A DNA stretch of 57,267 nucleotides from an uncultured Staphylococcaceae bacterium (GTDB taxonomy: Bacteria > Bacillota_I > Bacilli_A > RFN20 > CAG-826), in contig CAZLUI010000001.1 of assembly GCA_964562705.1 (NCBI GenBank), forward strand, positions 28,543 to 85,809, in the 5' to 3' direction. Positions 25,342 through 33,975 of the stretch are shown one piece after another (position 1 is the first letter of the stretch; each line of letters opens with the position of its first letter). Under the pieces are notes generated by a model. That model had not been told where the DNA came from. It did not search any database and saw only the letters and a list, made by a program, of their open reading frames with translations. Made by a program: the position numbers and the translations under genes.

Positions 25342-26712
25342 ATGTCAAAAATCCCATTTGGACCAACGTATGATGAGATGCTAAATCCATCACACCAAGA
25401 TCCTAAAACCAGAGCAGCAGCTCTAAAGGCTCTTAAAGAAAATGAGCTTGATCCAGTTAACTTATTCAACATTACTTGGAAAAATGAAAAGAATGAAGTT
25501 AACAAAATCGTTCTTCCAAAAGAACTAACCGGTGTTGACGCAAACATCGTTGTTCTTCTTGGAAAGTATTTCCCATCAGGTTCCCACAAAGTCGGACCTG
25601 CCTATGCTACATTGATGGAAGGCTGTGTTGATGGAGAAATTATTCCAGGTAAACACACCATTCTTGGTCCATCAACTGGTAACTTTGGCATTGGCGTTTC
25701 CTATATTACAAACTTGATGAAGTATGATGCAATTGTCATCATGCCAGATAACATGTCTAAAGAAAGATATGAACGCATCAGCAAATATGGCGCCAAACTC
25801 GATTTGACACCAGGCAGCGAATCTGACGTTATTCTCACTCTTGAAAGAACATATGAACTCAAGAAAGACCCAAAGAATCGCACTCTTGCTCAATTTGAAT
25901 TATTACCAAACTACCGTTTCCATCGTCATGTTACAGGTAATTCTTGTATCGAAGCCGTTAAAGGAATCGGTAATGGTCGTGTTGCTGCCTTCTGCTCCGC
26001 TCCAGGCAGTGCTGGTACATTAGCCGCTGGTGATCAAATTAAAGCTGTTTTCCCAGAATGTAAAATTGTCGCTTTGGAACCACACGAATGTTCAACTTTG
26101 ACCAATGGTGGTCTTGGACAACACCGTATTGAAGGCATCGGCGACAAGATGATTACTCTTATTCATAACGTTCTCACCACAGACTTCATCACCCAAATTA
26201 TTGATGAAGATTGTGTTCGTGGTTTAGCTGTCATTCACGAAGGTACCAAAGTTCTTGAACAACATGGTATTAGCAAGAAAGTTGCCGAATCTATGATCAA
26301 TCTATTTGGTGTTTCTGGTATCTGCAATATTCTCGGTGCAATCAAGATGGCAAAATACCTCAAACTAGGACCAAATGATAACGTCGTTACCATTGCTACT
26401 GATAGCTTTGATAGATATCCATCAGTTATGGATGATCTCCACAAACGCGAACTCGAAGTTACCCCAAACGTTCTTGAAAGATGGTACGAAGATGTCTTCG
26501 AAAACGCTGATACAAAGTACGTATTAGACACTCGTGGCGATGCTGCAAAAGAAGTGTTGTTCAAACAAAAAGAACACGATTGGCTCAAATTCGGATACAA
26601 ACAATCATATCTTGACGAGATGAGAAAACCAGAGTTCTGGGAAGATGAATATAACAAAATTCATGATTATGATAAGAAAATTATCGCTTTACGTGGAAAG
26701 GAAGTTAAATAA
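25342..26712 (+). CDS. Fold-type-II PLP-dependent enzyme (PALP superfamily; OrtB 'lyase/thiolase'- or TrpB/DpaL-like), 456 aa
   Basis: [13 protein letters not shown] (candidate PLP lysine; compare DpaL FKMLGGAYA and TrpB GSHK), [13 protein letters not shown] and SAPGSAGT. No OrtA-like small ORF is adjacent. Subfamily uncertain. Confidence 0.6.
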   Translation: MSKIPFGPTYDEMLNPSHQDPKTRAAALKALKENELDPVNLFNITWKNEKNEVNKIVLPKELTGVDANIVVLLGKYFPSGSHKVGPAYATLMEGCVDGEIIPGKHTILGPSTGNFGIGVSYITNLMKYDAIVIMPDNMSKERYERISKYGAKLDLTPGSESDVILTLERTYELKKDPKNRTLAQFELLPNYRFHRHVTGNSCIEAVKGIGNGRVAAFCSAPGSAGTLAAGDQIKAVFPECKIVALEPHECSTLTNGGLGQHRIEGIGDKMITLIHNVLTTDFITQIIDEDCVRGLAVIHEGTKVLEQHGISKKVAESMINLFGVSGICNILGAIKMAKYLKLGPNDNVVTIATDSFDRYPSVMDDLHKRELEVTPNVLERWYEDVFENADTKYVLDTRGDAAKEVLFKQKEHDWLKFGYKQSYLDEMRKPEFWEDEYNKIHDYDKKIIALRGKEVK

Positions 26713-27935
26713 TGAAAGTCTCCTTTGAAGAAGTATTAAAGTTTGCCGAAGCATATCAAAAAGATATGACGAAGTTCCTTCGTGATATGATCGCTATCCC
26801 AAGCGAATCATGTGACGAAAAGAAAGTAGTTCTCCGTATCAAAGAAGAAATGGAAAAGGTTGGTTTTGATAAAGTTGTCATCGATAAGATGGGCAATATC
26901 CTTGGCTATGTTGGCCATGGTAAACATCTCATCGCAATGGACGCTCACATCGATACCGTCGGTATTGGTGAAATCAAAAACTGGTCCTTTGACCCATACA
27001 AAGGTTATGAAGATGACATCCATATCGGTGGACGTGGCGCTTCTGACCAAGAAGGTGGCATGGCTTCAATGGTTTATGCTGCTAAAATTATCAAAGATTT
27101 ACATCTAGAAGATGACTATACTCTCCTCATTACTGGCACTGTCCAAGAAGAAGACTGTGATGGCCTTTGCTGGAAGTACATTATTGAAGAAGATAAGATT
27201 CGTCCAGAATTTGTTGTTTCAACCGAACCAACAAGTTGCCAAATTTATCGTGGCCATCGCGGACGCATGGAAATCAAAGTTGATGTTCGCGGTATTTCCT
27301 GCCATGGTTCTGCTCCAGAACGTGGCGTGAACGCAATTTACAAAATGGCACCAATCATTGAACAAATTGAAAAGCTCAATGAAAACGGACTTGCCTATGA
27401 TCCATTCTTAGGAAAAGGCACTGTCACTATTTCCCAAATCTTCCACAAATCACCAAGCCGCTGCGCAGTGGCTGATGGTTGCTGGATCAGCTTGGATCGT
27501 CGCCTTACTATCGGTGAAAACGATAAGACATCAATCGCTGAAATTAAAGCATTGCCAGCAGTCAAAGCTGCCAAAGCCGAAGTCTCAATGTATATGTATG
27601 AACGTCCATCCTATACTGGACTTAACTACCCAATCGAATGTTACTTCCCAACTTGGGTCATTCCAGAGGGTTCAGTCTACTGTCAATCAATGAAGGAAGG
27701 TTATCAAAAATTATTCGGTAAAGATCCTGTTATTGATAAATGGACATTCTCAACAAACGGAGTTTCCATCATGGGCCGTTATGGCATTCCATGTATCGGA
27801 TTTGGTCCAGGTGATGAGAAAGAGGCTCATGCCCCAAATGAAAAGACCAGAAAACATGACTTGGTTATATGTGCAGCATTATATGCTGTCTTGCCAGCCA
27901 TGTACTTAGAACATCTTAATAAAGGAGAAAAATAA
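26712..27935 (+). CDS. ygeY: YgeY-family M20 peptidase/deacylase ('selenium metabolism-linked hydrolase')
   Basis: Near-collinear with E. coli YgeY as recalled: [71 protein letters not shown] and EPT.CQ.YRG.RGRMEI. Confidence 0.88.
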   Translation: MKVSFEEVLKFAEAYQKDMTKFLRDMIAIPSESCDEKKVVLRIKEEMEKVGFDKVVIDKMGNILGYVGHGKHLIAMDAHIDTVGIGEIKNWSFDPYKGYEDDIHIGGRGASDQEGGMASMVYAAKIIKDLHLEDDYTLLITGTVQEEDCDGLCWKYIIEEDKIRPEFVVSTEPTSCQIYRGHRGRMEIKVDVRGISCHGSAPERGVNAIYKMAPIIEQIEKLNENGLAYDPFLGKGTVTISQIFHKSPSRCAVADGCWISLDRRLTIGENDKTSIAEIKALPAVKAAKAEVSMYMYERPSYTGLNYPIECYFPTWVIPEGSVYCQSMKEGYQKLFGKDPVIDKWTFSTNGVSIMGRYGIPCIGFGPGDEKEAHAPNEKTRKHDLVICAALYAVLPAMYLEHLNKGEK

Positions 27936-27937
27936 AG

Positions 27938-28948
27938 ATGGATAAAATTGAACCAAGATTTGCCGGTCGTCACTTGATTACCTTAGAAGACTTCTCTAAG
28001 GAAGAAATCGACTACATGCTCAAAGTGTCACATGAACTAAAAGATGCTTTCTACCGCAACGAACCAACTCAATGGCTCGTTGGAAAAACTGGTTTCTTAA
28101 TGTTCTTTGAACAATCAACTAGAACTAGAAACTCATTTGAATCAGGCATGGCTCAATTAGGTGGCCACGCTACATTCCTCGATACATCAATGATGCAAAT
28201 ATCTCATGGTGAATCTGCTAAGGATACAGCCGTTATTCTCTCTAGCTTTGGTCATATGATTGCTTGCCGTTATTGCAACTGGGGACTAGGCAACAAATAT
28301 ATTCGCGAAATGGCGAAATATTCAACTGTCCCAGTCATCAACTTACAATGTGATATTTATCACCCTATGCAAGCTCTTGCTGATTTAATGACTATCGAAG
28401 ATGAATTTAAAAAGACCAAACATTTAAAGGTCTCTGTTATTTGGGCTATGGCCACAACTCACAAGAAACCGATTTCTGTTCCAGTTAGCCAAGTTCTTCT
28501 TTTCCCTCGTTATGGCATCGATGTAACACTTGCCTATCCAGAAGGATACGATTTACCTGATTGGGTTATCGAAAAAGCTCGTAAAAACGCTGCCGAAAAT
28601 GGTGGTTCATTAACTATTACTCACGACATGGATGCTGCTTATAAAGATGCTGATGTTGTCTTCCCAAAGAACTGGGGTTCATGGGTTACTAACCAATCAA
28701 CAACCGTTGTCGATGATGCACTTTTAGCACTCAAGACTTGGAAATGCACACCAGATAAAATGGCACTTGCTAAACCAACGTGCCGTTATATGCACGCTCT
28801 TCCAGCCGACCGTGTCAATGAAGTTGTCGATGAGGTTATCGACGGACCACAATCAGTTATCTACCAAGAAGCTGAAAACAGAATTCATACTGCAAAAGCT
28901 GTTATGGCATTGTTTGTTCACGATAAACTTGAATCTGATCGCCGCTAA
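27938..28948 (+). CDS. ygeW: YgeW-family (knotted) carbamoyltransferase
   Basis: STRTR carbamoyl-P motif. NLQCDIYHPMQALADL..., KPISVP, GIDVTLAYPEGYDL and YKDADVVFPKNW parallel E. coli YgeW (NLQCDIDHPTQSMADL, KPLSVP, GMDVTLAHPEGYDL, FKDADIVYPKSW). Confidence 0.85.
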   Translation: MDKIEPRFAGRHLITLEDFSKEEIDYMLKVSHELKDAFYRNEPTQWLVGKTGFLMFFEQSTRTRNSFESGMAQLGGHATFLDTSMMQISHGESAKDTAVILSSFGHMIACRYCNWGLGNKYIREMAKYSTVPVINLQCDIYHPMQALADLMTIEDEFKKTKHLKVSVIWAMATTHKKPISVPVSQVLLFPRYGIDVTLAYPEGYDLPDWVIEKARKNAAENGGSLTITHDMDAAYKDADVVFPKNWGSWVTNQSTTVVDDALLALKTWKCTPDKMALAKPTCRYMHALPADRVNEVVDEVIDGPQSVIYQEAENRIHTAKAVMALFVHDKLESDRR

Positions 28949-28961
28949 TTAAATCTTAGTT

Positions 28962-28995
28962 AAGCAAGTTCTATATTGGACTTGCTTTTCTTTTT
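28962..28995 (+). terminator. Rho-independent terminator ending the mocA...ygeW operon
   Basis: 8-bp stem AAGCAAGT / ACTTGCTT, 10-nt loop, T-rich tail TTTTCTTTTT. Confidence 0.75.
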
Positions 28996-29020
28996 GCGCG
29001 TTATGTGTATAATAAGTGGC

Positions 29021-30298
29021 ATGAAAAGTATTAAGAATTTGTTTCGTATTGGACGTGGTCCAAGTTCATCTCACACAATCGGTCCTGACCGGGCTGCTAA
29101 GTTTTTAAAAGCTAAATATCCTAATGACATTAAAATTGAAGTGATATTATATGGCTCACTTGCTTTCACAGGTAAAGGGCACTTGACAGACAAGGTCATT
29201 CTTGATGTTTTCTTGCCTACTCCAACTCATATAACTTTCGACTTTAAAACGAAAGTAAGTTTTCCAAATACTTTCGATATTACTTTCTATTTTGCGGATC
29301 GTGATCCAATCACAAAAAGAGTACTTTCTCTTGGTGGTGGTGCTATATCAATATCTGATGAATTGGAAGAGAATGAAGAGGATGTTTATCCAGAAAAGAG
29401 TTTCGCTGAAGTTGTTGAATTTTGTCACACTAACAATCTCACTTTGCCTGAATATGTTGAACATTATGAAGGCAAAGAAATGTTTGAATACTTAAAAACT
29501 GTTTGGAATCAAATGACTGACACAATTCATGCCGGATTAACAAATCGTGGACTTTTGCCAGGAAAATTGAAAATCCAACGTCGAGCAGCAAGCTTTTTAA
29601 TACCTTCCCATATGAAAGAATCTAGCTTTTCTCGCACCAACCGAATAATCTCCGCTTTCGCCTTTGCAACCAATGAAGAAAATGCTGCTGGTGGTGTAGT
29701 TGTTACTGCTCCTACTTGTGGCAGCAGTGGCACTCTTCCTGCTGTATTAATGGAAATGGTTGACCGTTACGAATTCACCGATAAAGAAATTATTAACGCA
29801 ATAGCGGTTGCCGGTGTTATTGGCAACATTGTTAAATCTAACGGTTCAATATCTGGTGCAGAAGCTGGCTGCCAAGCTGAAATTGGTACTGCATGTTCTA
29901 TGACAGCCGCGGCTGCTGCCTATTTAAAAGGCTTCAACATTGATCAAATTGAATACGCAGCTGAAGCAGCTTTGGAACATTCACTTGGTCTAACTTGTGA
30001 CCCAGTTGAAGGTTATGTTCAGATTCCGTGCATTGAAAGAAATGCCGTGGCTGCTATAAAAGCATTGACTGCCACTTATTTAGCAGAATATGCCTCCTCA
30101 TCTCATCGCGTTAGTTTTGACACTATTGTCCAAACAATGTTAGTAACTGGTAAAGATATGAAGAAAAAATACCGTGAAACAAGCAAAGGTGGTCTTGCGG
30201 TTGATTTTGTAAAAAGTGAACGAAAAGCTCGTAAGAGTGCTGAAGAAAAAAAGAAAGCCTTAAAGGCAAAAGCTAACGAGAAGAAAGGAGAACAATAA
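29021..30298 (+). CDS. sdaA: L-serine ammonia-lyase, Fe-S dependent, single-chain form, with a Lys-rich C-terminal extension
   Basis: FRIGRGPSSSHTIGP, TAPTCGSSG, GAEAGCQAEIG and LGLTCDPV..YVQIPCIERNA. The start is taken at ATG 29021 (MKSIKNLF); the TTG at 28976 lies inside the terminator. The tail is KSERKARKSAEEKKKALKAKANEKKGEQ. Confidence 0.88.
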   Translation: MKSIKNLFRIGRGPSSSHTIGPDRAAKFLKAKYPNDIKIEVILYGSLAFTGKGHLTDKVILDVFLPTPTHITFDFKTKVSFPNTFDITFYFADRDPITKRVLSLGGGAISISDELEENEEDVYPEKSFAEVVEFCHTNNLTLPEYVEHYEGKEMFEYLKTVWNQMTDTIHAGLTNRGLLPGKLKIQRRAASFLIPSHMKESSFSRTNRIISAFAFATNEENAAGGVVVTAPTCGSSGTLPAVLMEMVDRYEFTDKEIINAIAVAGVIGNIVKSNGSISGAEAGCQAEIGTACSMTAAAAAYLKGFNIDQIEYAAEAALEHSLGLTCDPVEGYVQIPCIERNAVAAIKALTATYLAEYASSSHRVSFDTIVQTMLVTGKDMKKKYRETSKGGLAVDFVKSERKARKSAEEKKKALKAKANEKKGEQ

Positions 30299-31629
30299 TG
30301 GAAGCGAGATTTTTTAACACATTAACAAATAAGGCTGATGTTTTAAAACCAATTCGTGATGGTGAGGTATCTATTTATTGTTGCGGTCCTACTGTCTATG
30401 GCGATGCCCATGTCGGCAATGCTCGTCCTCCTATTGTTTTTGATACATTGTCTAGATTTTTAGAATATATTGGCTACGATGTGAAACTTGTTTCCAATTT
30501 TACCGATGTCGACGACAAAATTATTAAAAAAGCCTTGCAAGAAGGTGTATCAGAAAGCGTTATTACTGAAAGATATATTGCTGCTTATAAAGAAGTCTTA
30601 AAGGACTTGCATATCAAGCCTCATTATAAAAATCCTCGTGTCACTGAATATATGCCTCAGATTATTAACTATATTAATGACCTGGTTAATATTGGTGCTG
30701 CCTATGTTATTGACGGGGATGTATTCTTTAGAATTAGCTCCGTAAAAGATTATGGCGAACTTAGCAAAATCAAATTAGATGATTTGGTTGTTGGCGCTAG
30801 AATTGAGGAAAATTCTAAAAAAGAATCGCCACTTGATTTTGTCCTCTGGAAAAAAACTGATGTTGGAATTCAATGGGATTCACCATGGGGCAAAGGCCGT
30901 CCTGGTTGGCATACAGAATGCTGCGTAATGATTAATTCTATCTTTAAAGGCGCAATTGATATTCATGGTGGTGGCTTTGATTTAAAATTCCCTCATCATG
31001 AAAATGAAATTGCTCAAGCGAAAGCCCATGACCACAATAAGATAGCGAATATTTGGATGCATAATGGTTTTGTAAATTTTGGTGATGAAAAAATGTCCAA
31101 ATCTCTTGGCAATGTTGTCCTTGCAAAAGACGCGATTGCTAAATATGGCGGAAATACCCTCCGACTGATTATTTTGTCCACTCATTATCGCGCTCCGGTA
31201 AGTTTAACCGATGAAACAATTTCAACGGCAATAAACGAGCTTGACCGCATTAACAAAGCATATAAACAATTGGCGGTAAAAATCCAAATACTAGGAGGCA
31301 GTTTAGAAAGTGGAAAAGCAAATATAGATTCATTTTTATTTGCCTTAGCAGATGACTTTAATACGTCAAATGCGTTGACTAGTTTATTTGATAATATTAA
31401 AGAAATTAATCAAGAACTTAGGCAAAATCCGACTAATTTAGATGCTTTAGAAGGTCTCTATGCATCATTGCAAGCCATGTTATACATATTTGGCATTGAA
31501 CTTGAAACACCTCTTTTGACTGATGAAATAAAAGACATCTATAATAAATATCTTTCTTATAAGAAAGAAAAGCGTTTTGAAGAGAGCGATAAACTCAGAA
31601 ATATACTTATTGAAAAGAACATTCTTTAG
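30298..31629 (+). CDS. cysS: Cysteine--tRNA ligase
   Basis: HVGNAR (HIGH), KMSKSLGN, WHTEC and GGFDL.FPHHENE. TAATG overlap with sdaA. Confidence 0.95.
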   Translation: MEARFFNTLTNKADVLKPIRDGEVSIYCCGPTVYGDAHVGNARPPIVFDTLSRFLEYIGYDVKLVSNFTDVDDKIIKKALQEGVSESVITERYIAAYKEVLKDLHIKPHYKNPRVTEYMPQIINYINDLVNIGAAYVIDGDVFFRISSVKDYGELSKIKLDDLVVGARIEENSKKESPLDFVLWKKTDVGIQWDSPWGKGRPGWHTECCVMINSIFKGAIDIHGGGFDLKFPHHENEIAQAKAHDHNKIANIWMHNGFVNFGDEKMSKSLGNVVLAKDAIAKYGGNTLRLIILSTHYRAPVSLTDETISTAINELDRINKAYKQLAVKIQILGGSLESGKANIDSFLFALADDFNTSNALTSLFDNIKEINQELRQNPTNLDALEGLYASLQAMLYIFGIELETPLLTDEIKDIYNKYLSYKKEKRFEESDKLRNILIEKNIL

Positions 31630-31647
31630 AAATGGCAAGTACGAATT

Positions 31648-32385
31648 ATGAAATATGAGACTAAAATCAAAAAAGATGTGGCAAACTTGATATATGGGAG
31701 GAATCCTTTACTTAGTTTTCTAAATAGTAAGCATATTGCTAAGGTTTATCTACAAAAAGGTTTTTCAGACAAAAACATAATTTCTAAAATTGAAGAATGC
31801 GGTTTAAATCCTATATATATGGATATAAAAGAACTCGATCGCATTTGCGAGAATGGCAACCATCAAGGATGTGCCGCTGAAGTCAAACCGTTTGAATATT
31901 CTTCATTAAAAGAAGTTATTAAATATTCTAAGAACCAAGAAAAACCACTCATTCTTATTTTGGATGAAGTAAACGATCCACATAATTTTGGAGCCATCAT
32001 ACGCTCTGCCGATGCCTTTCATGTCGATGCGATTATCATAAAAAATCGCAATCAAGTTCCTGTTAATATGACTGTTACCAAAGTATCCACAGGTGCAGTT
32101 GACTATGTAAAAATTGTCATGGTTAACAATCTAGTTAACGCGATTAAGGAACTGAAAGAGAATGGGTTTTGGGTGTATGCCGCTGACGGAAGTGGCAAAG
32201 ATGACTATTCTAAAGCAAAATTCGATGGTCCAGTCGCCTTGGTAATGGGATCTGAAGGATTTGGAATTGCTCGCTTAGTTTTAAAGAATTCCGACTTCAT
32301 TATTAAAATACCAATGAGCGGGCATGTTAACTCACTTAATGTCAGCGTGGCAACCGGAATCATCTTATCGAGAATTAGAAACTAA
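31648..32385 (+). CDS. rlmB: 23S rRNA (guanosine-2'-O)-methyltransferase RlmB (SpoU/TrmH family)
   Basis: SpoU motifs (DEVNDPHNFGAIIRSA, LVMGSEG.G, IPM.G.V.SLNVS). Syntenic with B. subtilis yacO after cysS. Confidence 0.85.
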   Translation: MKYETKIKKDVANLIYGRNPLLSFLNSKHIAKVYLQKGFSDKNIISKIEECGLNPIYMDIKELDRICENGNHQGCAAEVKPFEYSSLKEVIKYSKNQEKPLILILDEVNDPHNFGAIIRSADAFHVDAIIIKNRNQVPVNMTVTKVSTGAVDYVKIVMVNNLVNAIKELKENGFWVYAADGSGKDDYSKAKFDGPVALVMGSEGFGIARLVLKNSDFIIKIPMSGHVNSLNVSVATGIILSRIRN

Positions 32386-32392
32386 TTAATGG

Positions 32393-32414
32393 CCTCCCGC
32401 GTTAGGGGGGTTTT
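32393..32414 (+). promoter_or_regulatory. Stem-loop plus T4 that terminates after rlmB and pairs the Shine-Dalgarno of the sigma-factor gene
   Basis: CCTCCC (32393-32398) pairs with GGGGGG (32405-32410), with a 6-nt loop, then TTTT and ATG 32415. The G-run is the only SD-like element for the next gene. Confidence 0.5.
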
Positions 32415-33035
32415 ATGCCAAACAACAATAGTGATGAAAAGTTAATTGAAACTATTTCAAAAAATGACGATGAAGATGTAGCCTATAACACTTTAATTAA
32501 ACGATATCTTGATAAATATAAAATCGTTGTTTACAGTGTTTCGAAAAGAATGAATTTTCATAATTGCTGTGTTGATGATTATTTATGCAATTTCTTTCTT
32601 TCGTTTAGAGCAGCCTTGAAGGGATATGACAAATCTTTAGGAAAGTTTCGTACATATTTCGGAAAGATTTTCGAAAGAGCTGTAATGGCTGAGATGCTAA
32701 GAAAGATCAACTCTAATGATGTTTTAGAAAACTACATCAGTTTAGACGATACTGTTCAAGATGGGTTGAAACGTATCGACACGATTGAAGATGTTTTTGC
32801 TAACGACATAGTCGCCAAATATAATAGCGATGAATTAAAGTTGATGCTTTGCAGCAAAGGAAAGAGCAAAAATCACAATGATATGTTAAAAAGCAAAGCG
32901 ATTTTGCTCCGTTCACAAGGTTACTCGTATAAACAAATTTCAGAACAACTTAAAATTAATATTTCTAAAGTTCGACGCATTCTGAAAAGCAAAGAAACTA
33001 CAGACTTCAAAAAAACCTATCTAAGGTTTAAATAA
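32415..33035 (+). CDS. sigH: Divergent sigma-70 family factor at the SigH position
   Basis: About 200 aa with a region-2-like N-half and a region-4 HTH (YSYKQISEQLKINISKVRRIL). Located between rlmB and rpmG-secE-nusG, as sigH is in Bacillus. Confidence 0.65.
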   Translation: MPNNNSDEKLIETISKNDDEDVAYNTLIKRYLDKYKIVVYSVSKRMNFHNCCVDDYLCNFFLSFRAALKGYDKSLGKFRTYFGKIFERAVMAEMLRKINSNDVLENYISLDDTVQDGLKRIDTIEDVFANDIVAKYNSDELKLMLCSKGKSKNHNDMLKSKAILLRSQGYSYKQISEQLKINISKVRRILKSKETTDFKKTYLRFK

Positions 33036-33098
33036 TTATCTTCGTATTTGCATTAACCATTACTCCGTCTCATAATAAGAAAGAAAGTGAGAATTATT

Positions 33099-33911
33099 AT
33101 GTCAGAATGCACTCATAATTGTGAAACATGTGGAGTAGAAAATTGTGAATCACGTACGATTGAAAAACTCAAACCGCATCGTCTCTCAAATATTAAAAAA
33201 ATCTACGCTGTTATAAGTGGAAAAGGGGGAGTTGGAAAATCTCTAGTTACTTCCCTTCTTGGGTCAGCTTTAAATAAAAGCGGACACTCAGTAGCCATTA
33301 TTGACGCTGATGTTACTGGTCCAAGTATTCCTCAAGCGTTTGGTTTAAAAGGCAAATTAGCCGAATCGGACGAAGATGGTTTATATCCAGTTTTATCAAA
33401 GCACGGAGTAAAAATTATGTCGGCTAATCTTCTTTTAGAAGATAATGAAGCTCCAATTATTTGGCGGGGGCCACTCGTCTCATCTTTTGTTCAACAATTA
33501 TTTACTGATGTTATATATGGTGAAGTGGAATATCTTTTAATCGATATGCCACCTGGAACTGGAGATATTCCATTGACTGTTTTTCAAATGATTCCAATCG
33601 ATGGAATCGTGGTGGTAGGTTCACCTCAAGAATTAGTTGGCATGGTTGTTGCTAAGTCCATCAACATGGCGCACATGATGAATATTCCAATTATTGGAAT
33701 TGTTGAAAACATGGCCTATATCAAGTGTCCGAAATGTGGCGAGAAAATTAATGTTTTTGGTGATGGCCATTTTGCTGAAGATGTTAAGCGCCATGGGCTT
33801 GAAGTTGTTGCCGAAATTCCAATCGATCCATCGCTAGCAAAAGCGGTTGATGGAGGGAACATTGAAGAGTATCAAACAAGCGTGATGGATAAATTAGTTA
33901 AGTTACTATAA
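33099..33911 (+). CDS. Mrp/NBP35 (ApbC) family Fe-S cluster carrier ATPase
   Basis: Deviant Walker A SGKGGVGKS, N-terminal Cys cluster CTHNCETCGVENC, DMPPGTGD and CPKCG. ATG 33099 (the track ORF starts at GTG 33087). Confidence 0.85.
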   Translation: MSECTHNCETCGVENCESRTIEKLKPHRLSNIKKIYAVISGKGGVGKSLVTSLLGSALNKSGHSVAIIDADVTGPSIPQAFGLKGKLAESDEDGLYPVLSKHGVKIMSANLLLEDNEAPIIWRGPLVSSFVQQLFTDVIYGEVEYLLIDMPPGTGDIPLTVFQMIPIDGIVVVGSPQELVGMVVAKSINMAHMMNIPIIGIVENMAYIKCPKCGEKINVFGDGHFAEDVKRHGLEVVAEIPIDPSLAKAVDGGNIEEYQTSVMDKLVKLL

Positions 33912-33940
33912 CTTGACTTTTGAATTTGAAGTTTTTATAG
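33912..33940 (+). promoter_or_regulatory. Candidate sigma-A promoter for rpmG-secE-nusG
   Basis: TTGACT (33912-33917), a 17-nt spacer, then TATAGT (33935-33940). Confidence 0.55.
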
Positions 33941-33975
33941 TTATAGCATCAAGATGTTAAAAAGGGGATAACCGT

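Noticed and set aside
12857-28948. Possible selenocysteine (in-frame TGA) or TGA-as-Trp recoding, given the selenium-linked cluster and Mollicute-like host
   Set aside because: Every cluster ORF is uninterrupted with conserved termini. TGA functions as a genuine stop (18280-18282, 55428-55430), and the Trp residues I checked at the nucleotide level are TGG. Selenium in this enzyme class is a labile cofactor ligand rather than Sec.
28949-29020. Possible T-box or other leader controlling sdaA-cysS
   Set aside because: The spacer is only 72 nt and is largely taken up by the ygeW terminator, which is too short for a T-box.
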